From positions 1 to 55,679 of the forward strand of contig JBFHRE010000003.1 in the NCBI GenBank assembly GCA_041591895.1: 55,679 nt of DNA, read 5' to 3'. The notes below the pieces were generated by a model. That model was not told the DNA's origin and made no database searches. It saw nothing but the letters and a program-made list of their open reading frames with translations. Positions within the stretch are counted from its first letter, which is position 1; each line of letters begins with the position of its first letter. The translations under genes were made by a program, and so were the position numbers. This DNA comes from Acidimicrobiia bacterium (GTDB lineage: Bacteria; Actinomycetota; Acidimicrobiia; Spongiisociales; ZC4RG35). Of this stretch, positions 9,238 to 18,204 are shown piece after piece.

Positions 9238-10002
9238 ATGGAGCTGGATGGCCTGCTGGCACGGATCGCCACCTATCGGAACCGGTACGGACGCGACTTC
9301 GACTTCCGCGAACCGCACCTACTCATCACGATCAAACGCCTCGTCACCCAGCTCGACCAGCTCGAGCGGAAACGCCTGGAGTTGGACGACGAGATCGCAC
9401 GCACTGCCTCGACCGTGCGCAAGATGATCGAAGCGATCGAATTCGAGGTCGAAGCGGCCATCGCAGAGGTCACGCAGGCTCAGGTCGAGATGTGGTCCCC
9501 GAGCCCAGTCGTCGGATACCGGGCTTGGGCCATCACCTCGGACGGTATGCAGGGCGTTCGAACCCTCTGGGCCAGGCCGACCCTCACCGCCCGGTGCCCC
9601 TCGCCCTTCGGTGATGATCCCGACGACGTCCCGCATACCGATGACCGCTGCGGTCGTCTCGGGTGCGGGATCTATGCCACCAAGGACGTTCGCTCGCTGC
9701 TCGACTCGGAGTTGGGTTCGTCGCTCAGTGGGTCGTTCGCCGTCGGACGGGTCGAATTGACCGGCAAGGTGGTGGAGCACGAATTCGGATACCGGGCCGC
9801 AACCGCCACGGTCACCAGGGTGATCGCATTCCACGACGGCCGGCGGTTGTGGGCGGCCGAGCCGGAGCCGATCGGACGGCTGTTCGCCGATCCGGTCACG
9901 ACCATGACCCAAGCAACACGTTTCACCGAGGACTGCCGGACGGCGACGCTCATCGCATTCGAAGAGGGAGAGACATGGACATCGGAAAGAAGAAGCGCGT
10001 GA
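9238..10002 (+). CDS. Hypothetical protein: N-terminal coiled coil plus Cys/His-containing C-terminal domain (possibly ADP-ribosyltransferase-like fold)
   Basis: 254 aa with good codon bias; heptad region 'LVTQLDQLERKRLELDDEI'; 'VVGYRAW...C-x12-H-x4-C-x4-CGIYA...VGRVELTGKVVEHEFGYRA'. The fold call is inference. Confidence 0.8.
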   Translation: MELDGLLARIATYRNRYGRDFDFREPHLLITIKRLVTQLDQLERKRLELDDEIARTASTVRKMIEAIEFEVEAAIAEVTQAQVEMWSPSPVVGYRAWAITSDGMQGVRTLWARPTLTARCPSPFGDDPDDVPHTDDRCGRLGCGIYATKDVRSLLDSELGSSLSGSFAVGRVELTGKVVEHEFGYRAATATVTRVIAFHDGRRLWAAEPEPIGRLFADPVTTMTQATRFTEDCRTATLIAFEEGETWTSERRSA

Positions 10003-10088
10003 TCATTGTGGAGCCGGAGCCGGTCGAAGCTCCGGAACGACCACTACGAGAACCGCAACCAGAGCCGGCCCCCACTCGCCCCGACTGA
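9975..10088 (+). CDS. Small Pro/Glu-rich peptide (37 aa) MDIGKKKRVIIVEPEPVEAPERPLREPQPEPAPTRPD
   Basis: SD GAGGGAG (9964-9970) 4 nt before the ATG; overlaps the upstream CDS by 28 nt, consistent with translational coupling. Confidence 0.65.
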   Translation: MDIGKKKRVIIVEPEPVEAPERPLREPQPEPAPTRPD

Positions 10089-10093
10089 CGGAC

Positions 10094-10333
10094 TCACTCG
10101 ACATTCACCCAGGCCGACAGCCTCGTCGGGTCGGCGCGGACGTCGTCGAGGATGTCGAGGATTCGGTCGCACGTGACACCGTGGGACTCGAGACTCGAGT
10201 ACAACACCCGTTTCAACTCCGACCCCTCGGTGCCGGCAGGAATGGTGATCGATGCGTACACCGGCCGGTTGGCGAACCACTTCAAGGTGATCGGAGTCAC
10301 GGGAATCGAGCCTACCGCGAGAAGGAACACCAA
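10094..10333 (-). CDS. Hypothetical small protein (79 aa)
   Basis: Fills the intergenic gap; GGGAG lies upstream of TTG/GTG starts; no recognisable motif. Confidence 0.35.
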   Translation of the reverse strand: MVFLLAVGSIPVTPITLKWFANRPVYASITIPAGTEGSELKRVLYSSLESHGVTCDRILDILDDVRADPTRLSAWVNVE

Positions 10334-10341
10334 CTCTCCCG

Positions 10342-10392
10342 CCGAGCCGTGGGCCCACCAACACCGTGACGGTGTTCACGAACCCAGGGTTC
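10342..10392. repeat. REP-like modular palindromic element, copy B (monomer)
   Basis: CCGAGCCGTGGGCCCAC-C-AACACCGTGACGGTGTT-CAC-GAACCCAGGGTTC; its end overlaps the stop codon of the upstream minus-strand gene. Confidence 0.85.
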
Positions 10393-10858
10393 AGGCGAGG
10401 ACGATTTCGACCAGGACGACCTGGGTCAGCAGTGCGTCGACATCGTCCACGTTGGCCCGACCGTCGGGATCGATCCGCACTCCGTAGGCTCGCGCATCGA
10501 ATCGCCGCTCGCTCAGGTAGTCGCGGAGCAGACCGGCACGCGACGGGTCGCCGACAGATGCAATGGCATGGCCGACGTGGTCCCGGCCGGCGAGACGCAA
10601 CGTGACATTCGGGCACTCGGACAGGTTTCGCCACCAGGACCGAGCCTTCTTGGTCACGACGAGGATCTCGTCGCCGGCGCGGGTATAGCTGACCGGGATC
10701 ACATACTGATGCCCGCTTCGCCGCCCGGTGACGGTCAGCAGCGCCAGACCTCTGCCCAGCGACCGCTGCAAGACCGGAGTCTTGAGTGCCATCCGCATGA
10801 ACGAGTTCACCCAACCCGGGGGCGTCCGTTGCGGGACGGTGATCGTGGATTGAGCCAT
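10391..10858 (-). CDS. Deazaflavin (F420)-dependent oxidoreductase, nitroreductase/DDN family
   Basis: 'LLTVTGRRSG..Y.IPVSY...SWWRNL'; SD GGAG before the ATG at 10858. Confidence 0.82.
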   Translation of the reverse strand: MAQSTITVPQRTPPGWVNSFMRMALKTPVLQRSLGRGLALLTVTGRRSGHQYVIPVSYTRAGDEILVVTKKARSWWRNLSECPNVTLRLAGRDHVGHAIASVGDPSRAGLLRDYLSERRFDARAYGVRIDPDGRANVDDVDALLTQVVLVEIVLA

Positions 10859-10967
10859 ACAGCTCCATTCCGTGGCATACATGCGGAATGGTGGCCGAAC
10901 ACGACGCCCCCGGATAGAGCAAAGAGTCAGTTCGGTGGAGGCATTCAGCCGGAGGCCGGACGAACGG

Positions 10968-11723
10968 TCAGACCTCGATTTCCGCGACCGACCCGACCAC
11001 CTGGCTGGGCTGGAACGGGGACGCCGCGACCTCCTCGGCCCGCGTCACGCCGCTCAGGACCAGGATCGTCTCCAGACCGGCCTCCATTCCACCTCGAATA
11101 TCGGTGCGGAGGTTGTCCCCGACCATCACGGTCTCCTCGGAATGGGCATCGAGAAAGTTCAGCGCGGCTCGAAACATGTAGGGGTTGGGCTTGCCGACCA
11201 CGTAGGGCGTGCGACCCGTGGCAGTTTCGATCATGGCGGCCACCGCGCCTGCAGCCGGCACGAGGCCTGCTTCGTCGGGTCCGGCGGCATCCGGGTTCGT
11301 GACGACGAACCGAGCCCCGGCGGCCACCAACCGAACCGCCTTGGTGATCATGTCCATGTCGAGCCGTCCCTCGCCGAGCACTACGTAGTCCGGGTCGATG
11401 TCGGTCAGGACACATCCAACCCCGTGGAGCGCGGTGGTGAGCCCGCTCTCCCCCACGGCGTAGACCTTGGCCCCGGGTCGTTGGGACTGAAGAAACCCGG
11501 CGGTTGCCATCGCCGACGTGAACAGGTGGTCCGCGCCGATGTCGAACCCCATAGAACCCAACCTATGAGCCAGATCGCCCGGCGTGAACACCGGGTTGTT
11601 GGTCAGGACGAGATAGCGCCGCCCGGCGGCATTGAGTCGCCCCACGAACTCGGCAGCCCCGGGCACCGGGGTCCGACCGCGAAGCAGGACTCCGTCCATG
11701 TCGAGCAGGAAGTTGGCGCGCAC
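10968..11723 (-). CDS. HAD-IIA family phosphatase (NagD-like)
   Basis: 'DMDGVL', 'LTNN', 'GKPNP', '[10 protein letters not shown]' motifs. Confidence 0.92.
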   Translation of the reverse strand: MRANFLLDMDGVLLRGRTPVPGAAEFVGRLNAAGRRYLVLTNNPVFTPGDLAHRLGSMGFDIGADHLFTSAMATAGFLQSQRPGAKVYAVGESGLTTALHGVGCVLTDIDPDYVVLGEGRLDMDMITKAVRLVAAGARFVVTNPDAAGPDEAGLVPAAGAVAAMIETATGRTPYVVGKPNPYMFRAALNFLDAHSEETVMVGDNLRTDIRGGMEAGLETILVLSGVTRAEEVAASPFQPSQVVGSVAEIEV

Positions 11724-11735
11724 GCGGTGTTCCCG

Positions 11736-12452
11736 TCAGCCGGCGTCGGCGACGAGGGCGTCGAGAGCCACCAACACCATCTCGCCGAACGTCCGCTCCC
11801 GCTCCTCCGCCGTCGTCGCCCCTCCGGTCCGGATGTGGTCGGAGACGGTGAGGATCGCCAAAGCGCGGGCCCCCTTCTCGGCGGCAGCGCCATAGAGCCC
11901 GGCAGCCTCCATCTCGACCGCGAGCACTCCCATCCGGTCCATGATGTCGAAGGCGTCGCCGATCGGGTTGTAGAACAGATCCGCCGAGTGAACGTTGCCC
12001 ACCCGAACCGAGATCTCGGCCGCCTCGGCCGCGTCCACGGCCGCTCGCGCCAGCCGGAAATCGGCCGTGGCCGAGTAATCCCAGTTTCCGTATCGGGCCC
12101 GGTTCACGCCCGAGTCCGTGCAGGCACCGATGGCGACGACGATGTCGCGCAGGTCGAGGTCGGTGGAGATCGCGCCGCACGAGCCGACCCGCACCAGGCG
12201 CTTGACGCCGTATTCGGAGATCAGCTCAGTGATGTAGATCGAAGCCGAAGGGATACCCATGCCGGTACCCATCACCGACACGGGCATACCTTGATACGTG
12301 CCCGTGAACCCCAGCATGTTCCGAACTGCGGTCACCTGGCGAGCACCATCAAGAAAGTGCTCGGCGATGTGAGCAGCCCGCAAGGGGTCACCCGGAAGAA
12401 GAACCGCCTCGGCAAAATCGCCTTGGGCAGCAGAGATGTGGGGAGTTGGCAT
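11736..12452 (-). CDS. deoD: Purine-nucleoside phosphorylase (hexameric DeoD type)
   Basis: 'TPHI...LLPGDPLRA...GTGMGIPS...RVGSCG...[10 protein letters not shown]...TVSDH'. Confidence 0.96.
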   Translation of the reverse strand: MPTPHISAAQGDFAEAVLLPGDPLRAAHIAEHFLDGARQVTAVRNMLGFTGTYQGMPVSVMGTGMGIPSASIYITELISEYGVKRLVRVGSCGAISTDLDLRDIVVAIGACTDSGVNRARYGNWDYSATADFRLARAAVDAAEAAEISVRVGNVHSADLFYNPIGDAFDIMDRMGVLAVEMEAAGLYGAAAEKGARALAILTVSDHIRTGGATTAEERERTFGEMVLVALDALVADAG

Positions 12453-12507
12453 ATCGACCCTTCGACGTACGTGACCCCGACGCTAGTCGGAGCGCCCCGG
12501 ACGCCGG

Positions 12508-13248
12508 TCAGCGAGTGGAGAGATCGACGTCCCGGACCGTCACCGCATAGGGGGCGCCTTCGAAGTTGCCGTCGAGCTGGACGGCCACTGCACCGATGTC
12601 GGCCACACCGGGAGCGTCCACCGCCGGCACGGTCAGATTGATGCGCGAGCTGGAGCCGTCGACCGAGAACGAGCGCAACCTGGCCCCACCGGAGGTCACC
12701 TGGCCAACGAGCTCGATCCGGTGCCATCCCGGGGCGAGGATGCCGGTGACACCTGAGTCGACCCAGCCGAGTTCCGGGTTCCAGATGCGGTAGCCCGGCT
12801 GCGACGCGCCGACGTTCACCCATTGAATCGCCCATTCGTGACGGCGGCCGCTCTCCCATCGACTGACCGTGAACTCGAGCGCCTGGATCGTCGACGGAGC
12901 CCCCACGTTGTTGTACGTGGTGGACGGGACCAGCACATCGAAGGAGAACACGACGTTGCGCGCCCCAGAGGGAAGGCTGACGTTGCGATAGAAGTGCACG
13001 TTGGAGTAGGGCTCGCCACCGCCGTACTCGAGCACCAACCCGTCGGCTGTGTCTGTCATCGTCCACTGCGAAAACCGTTCGCAATAGCCGCCCCAGTCGG
13101 GGGCCGAGCGTTCGAGATCGATGGTCACCGACGCCGGCGCGGTCGACGCCCCTCGATGGCACGAGACCGGATCGCTCCCAACGATGCTCGCCAACGGACC
13201 GGTCAGTGCGGTGGCCAGTGCCAATGCAGCAGCAAGTGTGGAATACAC
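12508..13248 (-). CDS. Secreted hypothetical protein, beta-rich (possibly ConA-like sandwich)
   Basis: Signal peptide 'MYSTLAAALALATAL'; SD GGAGG; Trp/Tyr-rich beta-strand pattern ('PGWHRIELVG...FSVDG'). Confidence 0.65.
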   Translation of the reverse strand: MYSTLAAALALATALTGPLASIVGSDPVSCHRGASTAPASVTIDLERSAPDWGGYCERFSQWTMTDTADGLVLEYGGGEPYSNVHFYRNVSLPSGARNVVFSFDVLVPSTTYNNVGAPSTIQALEFTVSRWESGRRHEWAIQWVNVGASQPGYRIWNPELGWVDSGVTGILAPGWHRIELVGQVTSGGARLRSFSVDGSSSRINLTVPAVDAPGVADIGAVAVQLDGNFEGAPYAVTVRDVDLSTR

Positions 13249-13410
13249 GGATCAGCCCTCCGCCCTCTTCGATTGCCCGGTGTGCGAATGCCCGCAAGAC
13301 ACCGTAGTGGGGAGAACCCGTACGTCCATGGCCGGTTTCGGGATGCGACCGGAATCGACAACGACAGGAGCATGCGGCAGGGGCATCCATCCGTGGATCA
13401 TGGATTCCCC

Positions 13411-13436
13411 CTCGGCCATCCTGTCCGCCGCTTAAG
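13411..13436 (-). promoter_or_regulatory. Putative sigma28/WhiG-like promoter
   Basis: Minus strand CTTAAG-N14-GCCGAG upstream of the secreted protein gene. Confidence 0.45.
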
Positions 13437-13460
13437 CCCGCTCGGCGGTCGAGACCTGGA

Positions 13461-14045
13461 TCACGACGGCCCCGCCAGGAGGTCGATACCTACCGACCTG
13501 AGCAGGGCCGCCAGCCGGTGGAGGGGCAAACCGATGACGTTGGATGGGCTTCCGTCCACCCCTGCCACAAACAGCGCCCCCCGACCCTGCAGGGCATACG
13601 CTCCGGCCTTGTCGAGCGGTTCGCCCGTTGCGACGTAGGCGGCGATCTCCTCGTTCGTCAGGTCGACCATCGTGACCACCGTGCGCTCGACGGCCGAATG
13701 AACCACCAATTCCCCGTCGGTGAATCGGGCTACCGCGACGCCGCTGTGCACCGTGTGTTTCTCACCGGCGAGCGCCCTCAACATCGTCAGAGCCTCGGCG
13801 GGATGGGCCGGCTTGCCCATGACCACGCCATGGTGCACGACCGTCGTGTCGGCGCCGATCGACACCAGGCCTTCGGCGGCGCAGGACTCGGCTTTCGCCC
13901 TCGCCAACCGTTCGACGTACCGGTCCGGGTCCTCTCCTGGGAACCGCGATTCGTCGACATCTGGCTCGATCCACTCGAATTCGATGCCCAGTTCTTCCAG
14001 CATGTTCCTGCGGCGAGGCGACCCGGAGGCGAGCAGGAGCTTCAT
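13461..14045 (-). CDS. maf: Maf family nucleoside triphosphate pyrophosphatase
   Basis: 'LLLASGSPRRR', 'IGADTTV', 'GKP', 'DKAGAY', 'NVIGLP'. Confidence 0.95.
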   Translation of the reverse strand: MKLLLASGSPRRRNMLEELGIEFEWIEPDVDESRFPGEDPDRYVERLARAKAESCAAEGLVSIGADTTVVHHGVVMGKPAHPAEALTMLRALAGEKHTVHSGVAVARFTDGELVVHSAVERTVVTMVDLTNEEIAAYVATGEPLDKAGAYALQGRGALFVAGVDGSPSNVIGLPLHRLAALLRSVGIDLLAGPS

Positions 14046-14158
14046 CGGGCGCACCGTACCGGACCCCGCCTCGACCCCGCCCCGGAATCGGCCCGAAACC
14101 CCGGGACCAGGGAAAAATGGCCCTTTTCAGGATCCGCGCCATCAGCGAGAATGGCCTT

Positions 14159-14575
14159 ATGACCACCTCCCACGAACGTACGCGGACAATCCGGGATCGT
14201 CTCGTCGGAGCCACGCAGCGGGTGACCGACTTGCTGCGCGGGGAGCCCACCGGGGATTGGCACGGACGCTATCGCGAAGCGGTGTATTCGCTTGCAGAGG
14301 CGTACGCGGATCACGTCGATGAAGCCGAATCCCCGGGAGGGCTCCTCCTGGACATCACCGAGGCAGACCCTCGCCTCGACGTGGAAGTGGCCACGCTCAG
14401 ACGCGACCACACCGAACTGGCCGAGCGATTCCAGCAACTGCTGGCGACCGAAAGGGAGCCCGCCGGCCTGCTGGAGGACACCGCCGAGTTGCTGCTCGAC
14501 CTGGAGGCGCATGAGAAGCTGAGCGCCGACCTGGTGTATCGCGCCTACTCCGAGGATCTGGGCGAAGCAGGCTGA
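14159..14575 (+). CDS. Hemerythrin-like (HHE) four-helix protein
   Basis: 'DHVDEAE..GGLL..I....PRL...V..LRRDH...HEKL.ADLVY..Y..DLG' pattern. Confidence 0.65.
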   Translation: MTTSHERTRTIRDRLVGATQRVTDLLRGEPTGDWHGRYREAVYSLAEAYADHVDEAESPGGLLLDITEADPRLDVEVATLRRDHTELAERFQQLLATEREPAGLLEDTAELLLDLEAHEKLSADLVYRAYSEDLGEAG

Positions 14576-14681
14576 CCGACAACGGGGCAGGGACGAGGCC
14601 GGTCGAAAACCGATGAGCGGAAGCTCACGGTCTGGGTAACGTGCGCCGGATGCCAGACCTGATCTCAGCGGCTTCTTCCTC

Positions 14682-15593
14682 ATGCCTTCCCTGGTAGAGG
14701 CTCGTTCACTGAGCAAGCGATTCGGCGATTTCACCGCCGTCGACTCGGTCGATTTCGAGGTACGGGAAGGCGAAGCGTTCGGATTCCTGGGACCCAACGG
14801 GGCCGGTAAGAGCTCCACCATGCGGATGATCGCCTCGGTGTCACCTCCCACCGGAGGCACCCTGCGGGTGCTCGGCCTCGATCCGGAGACCCAGGGGCGG
14901 GAGATTCGGGCCCGGCTTGGCGTGGTGCCGCAAGAAGACAGCCTCGACATGGAACTGACGGTCGAGGAGAACCTGATGATCTACGGCCGCTATTTCAACC
15001 TGTCGCGCCGAGAAGCCAAGCACCGGATCGACGAGTTGCTCGAGTTCGCCCAGCTCACCGAGAGACGCGGCAGCCGGGTGGAACCGCTGTCGGGCGGGAT
15101 GAAACGCCGGCTTACGATCGCCCGCGGCTTGATCAACCGGCCTGACCTGCTCATCCTCGACGAACCGACGACCGGGCTCGATCCGCAAGCCCGCCATCTG
15201 CTCTGGGACCGCCTCTACCGCCTGAAACGCCAGGGCGTGACGTTGATAGTCACCACCCACTACATGGACGAAGCCGAGCAGCTCTGCGACCGACTGGTGA
15301 TCATGGACAAGGGCAGGATCGTGGGCGAGGGCTCGCCGCGTGGCTTGATCGAACAGCACGCGACGCCCGACGTGATCGAGGTTCGCTTCGCCGAGGGCGA
15401 GGAGCCCGAACTCGAAGGCACCGCCGAAAGGGTCGAGCATCTTCCCGATCGAAGCTTCCTGTACACCCGGGACACGGATGCGACGCTGGCCGCCATCCAT
15501 GATCGAGGCCTGACGCCGCAGACGACCCTGGTTCGCCGTTCGACTCTGGAGGACGTGTTTCTCCATCTCACCGGCCGGAGCCTGGTGGACTGA
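14682..15593 (+). CDS. ABC-2 exporter ATP-binding subunit (NodI/DrrA-like)
   Basis: Walker A GPNGAGKS, signature LSGGM, Walker B LILDEPT, H-loop TTHYM. Confidence 0.95.
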   Translation: MPSLVEARSLSKRFGDFTAVDSVDFEVREGEAFGFLGPNGAGKSSTMRMIASVSPPTGGTLRVLGLDPETQGREIRARLGVVPQEDSLDMELTVEENLMIYGRYFNLSRREAKHRIDELLEFAQLTERRGSRVEPLSGGMKRRLTIARGLINRPDLLILDEPTTGLDPQARHLLWDRLYRLKRQGVTLIVTTHYMDEAEQLCDRLVIMDKGRIVGEGSPRGLIEQHATPDVIEVRFAEGEEPELEGTAERVEHLPDRSFLYTRDTDATLAAIHDRGLTPQTTLVRRSTLEDVFLHLTGRSLVD

Positions 15594-16360
15594 TGGTCAC
15601 GGGATCCCTTCGGGTGATGGAGGCTCAGGCCCGTCGCTACCGCCACACCTGGCGGGCGTCGGTGTTCTCGAGCTTCCTGAGCCCGGCTCTGTTCCTGCTG
15701 GCCATGGGCGTCGGTCTCGGGTCGCTGGTCGACCGTCAGGGCGGGCCGGGTGGGTTCTCCTATCTCGTCTGGCTCGCTCCCGGGCTGATCATGGCCACCA
15801 CCATGCAGACCGGCTTCGGCGAGTCGACCTATCCCGTTCTCGCCTCGATCCGCTGGACGAAGTCCTATCACTCGGCCATCGCGACTCCGATCGTCACTCG
15901 CGAGCTGGTGGCCGGTCACCTGGCCTGGGTGTCGGTCCGGATGGCTCAAGTCGGCCTGGTGTACGGGCTGGTGGCGATCGTCTTCGGTGCAGTCACCTGG
16001 TCTGCGTTACTGCCGCTCACCATCGCCGGGGTCCTCACCGGGTTGGCGTTCAGCGCCCCGACGATGTGGTTCAGCGCCTCACTCGAAAAGGACTACGCCA
16101 TCGCATCTGCGCTGCGCTTCGTCATCACCCCCCTGTTCCTGTTCAGCGGGACCTTCTTCCCGCTGGAGCAGCTGCCGGCGGCAGTGCGCCCTCTCGCCTA
16201 CCTGACACCGCTCTGGCACGGGGTCGAACTCGCCCGCACCTGGGCGCTGGGAATCGACCCGGTGATGGCCCCGCTGGTCCACGTCGCATTCCTGGTTCTG
16301 CTGGCGGTGGTAGGAGCGATCATGGGGACCCGCCGCCTGGAGCGGAGGTTGGTGGTATGA
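15593..16360 (+). CDS. ABC-2 exporter permease (NodJ-like)
   Basis: Six TM; 'PLFLFSGTFFPLEQLP...TPLWHGVEL'; TGATG coupling to the ATPase gene. Confidence 0.92.
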   Translation: MVTGSLRVMEAQARRYRHTWRASVFSSFLSPALFLLAMGVGLGSLVDRQGGPGGFSYLVWLAPGLIMATTMQTGFGESTYPVLASIRWTKSYHSAIATPIVTRELVAGHLAWVSVRMAQVGLVYGLVAIVFGAVTWSALLPLTIAGVLTGLAFSAPTMWFSASLEKDYAIASALRFVITPLFLFSGTFFPLEQLPAAVRPLAYLTPLWHGVELARTWALGIDPVMAPLVHVAFLVLLAVVGAIMGTRRLERRLVV

Positions 16361-17163
16361 CCACCGTCACTGCCGAACGGCGGGCGATTCCCTTTGTTGC
16401 GTTCACCGGAGCGCTCCGGGTCCTGGAACGAAACATGATGGTCTACCGGCGGTCGTGGATGATCATTCTGTCCGGGTTCTTCGAGCCGGTGTTCTATCTC
16501 TTCTCGATCGGGATCGGGGTTGGCTCGATGGTGGGCGAGGTTCGGCTCACCGACGGCACCCTCGTGAGTTATGCGGCCTTCGTCGGCCCGGCATTGCTCG
16601 GTGCCTCGGCGATGAACGGGGCCGTGTTCGAGTCCACGATGAACATCTTCTTCAAGCTCAAGTACGACAAGGTGTACGACGGAATGCTGGCGACGCCCCT
16701 CGAGCCGCACGAGATCGCGGTGGGCGAGATCGCATGGGCGCTGATCAGGGGCCTGCTGTACGCGACGGGATTCACGGTGGTGATGGCGGTCTTCGGACTG
16801 GCCGAGTCGTGGTGGGCGCTGATGTCCATCCCGGTGGCTCTGCTCATCGGCTTCGCCTTCGCCGCCGTGGGGATGGCTGCCACGACCTTCATGCGCAGCT
16901 GGCAGGACTTCGACCTCGTGACCCTGGTCACCCTGCCGCTGTTCTTGTTCTCGGCCACCTTCTACCCACTCGATGTCTACCCGGCCGGCCTGCGACCACT
17001 GGTTCAGCTGTCACCGCTCTACCACGGGGTGGAACTGCTGCGCGGGTTCACCCTCGGCCGGCTGGGGCCGTCGATGTTGGGACACGCCGCCTTCCTCGTG
17101 GTGATGGGGGCGATCGGAACCTATGTGGCGTCCCGCCGCATCCGGGGACTCCTCCACGCCTGA
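16357..17163 (+). CDS. ABC-2 exporter permease (NodJ-like)
   Basis: 'PLFLFSATFYPL...SPLYHGVEL'; ATGA overlap with the previous gene; SD GGAGG. Confidence 0.92.
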   Translation: MTTVTAERRAIPFVAFTGALRVLERNMMVYRRSWMIILSGFFEPVFYLFSIGIGVGSMVGEVRLTDGTLVSYAAFVGPALLGASAMNGAVFESTMNIFFKLKYDKVYDGMLATPLEPHEIAVGEIAWALIRGLLYATGFTVVMAVFGLAESWWALMSIPVALLIGFAFAAVGMAATTFMRSWQDFDLVTLVTLPLFLFSATFYPLDVYPAGLRPLVQLSPLYHGVELLRGFTLGRLGPSMLGHAAFLVVMGAIGTYVASRRIRGLLHA

Positions 17164-17184
17164 CAGCACTGGATCTGCAGCGGT

Positions 17185-18204
17185 TCAATAACTCGCCAGC
17201 TTCCGGGCCGCCTCGACGATCTTGGCGGCATTGGGCCGGTAGGCGTCCTCCAGGGGCGGGCTGAACGGCACCGGCGTATCGGCCCCACCCAGGCGGACGA
17301 TGGGAGCATCGAGCCATTCGAACGCCTCCTCGCCGATCAGCGCCGCCACCTCGGCGCCGACTCCCCCGTTCCGATTGGCGGCATGGACGATCAACACCCG
17401 GCTCGTTTCGGCGGTCGCCTCCAGGATCGCGTCGGTGTCGAGCGGCTTGAGGGTTCGGAGATCGAGCACCCGGGAATCGATTCCATCGGCAGCCAAGGTC
17501 TGGGCGGCAACCAGGGCCTCACGCACCATGGTCCCGTACGTGATCATCGTCAGGTCCTGACCGGGACGGACCACCTCCGCCCGGCCGATCGGTACCCGGT
17601 ACTCCCCCTCCGGAACATGCGCCCGCAGCGACCGGTAGAGCGGCTTGGCCTCGAAATAGATCACCGGATTGTCATCCTCGATCGCCGAGGTGAGCAGACC
17701 CTTGGCGTCCGCCGGGTTGGACGGGGCCACCACCTTGAGGCCGGGGGTGTGGACGAACCACGCCTCCGGATTCTGAGAATGGAACGGACCCGATCGGATT
17801 CCGCCGTCGGAAGGGGCCCTGATCACCCAGGGCACCTTGCCGATCCCCCGGTAGTGGGCAGTGGCGGCGAACTGGACGATGGCATCGAAGGCCGTCGAGA
17901 TGAAGTCCGCGAACTGCATCTCGATCACCGGCCGGAGACCCAACAACGCCATCCCGCTCGCCATCCCGGTGAAGGACTGCTCGGCGATCGGGGTGTTCAT
18001 GACCCGTAGTTCACCGAACCTCTCCTCCAGACCCTTGGTGACCTTGAATGCCCCACCGAATGTCCCGGCGACGTCTTCGCCCAGGACCAGCACGTCGGGG
18101 TCCCTGTCCATCGCCTCGGCCAGGCCCTCGGCGATCGCCTCGAGGTAGGTCAGATTTCGATCGGTGGACGCTTCGCGGTCGGAGAACCCGAAGTTCTCCG
18201 ACAT
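17185..18204 (-). CDS. 2-oxoacid dehydrogenase E1 beta subunit
   Basis: 'LGEDV...GGAFKVT...NTPIAEQ...EMQFADF...HSQ...PGLKVV'. Confidence 0.93.
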   Translation of the reverse strand: MSENFGFSDREASTDRNLTYLEAIAEGLAEAMDRDPDVLVLGEDVAGTFGGAFKVTKGLEERFGELRVMNTPIAEQSFTGMASGMALLGLRPVIEMQFADFISTAFDAIVQFAATAHYRGIGKVPWVIRAPSDGGIRSGPFHSQNPEAWFVHTPGLKVVAPSNPADAKGLLTSAIEDDNPVIYFEAKPLYRSLRAHVPEGEYRVPIGRAEVVRPGQDLTMITYGTMVREALVAAQTLAADGIDSRVLDLRTLKPLDTDAILEATAETSRVLIVHAANRNGGVGAEVAALIGEEAFEWLDAPIVRLGGADTPVPFSPPLEDAYRPNAAKIVEAARKLASY

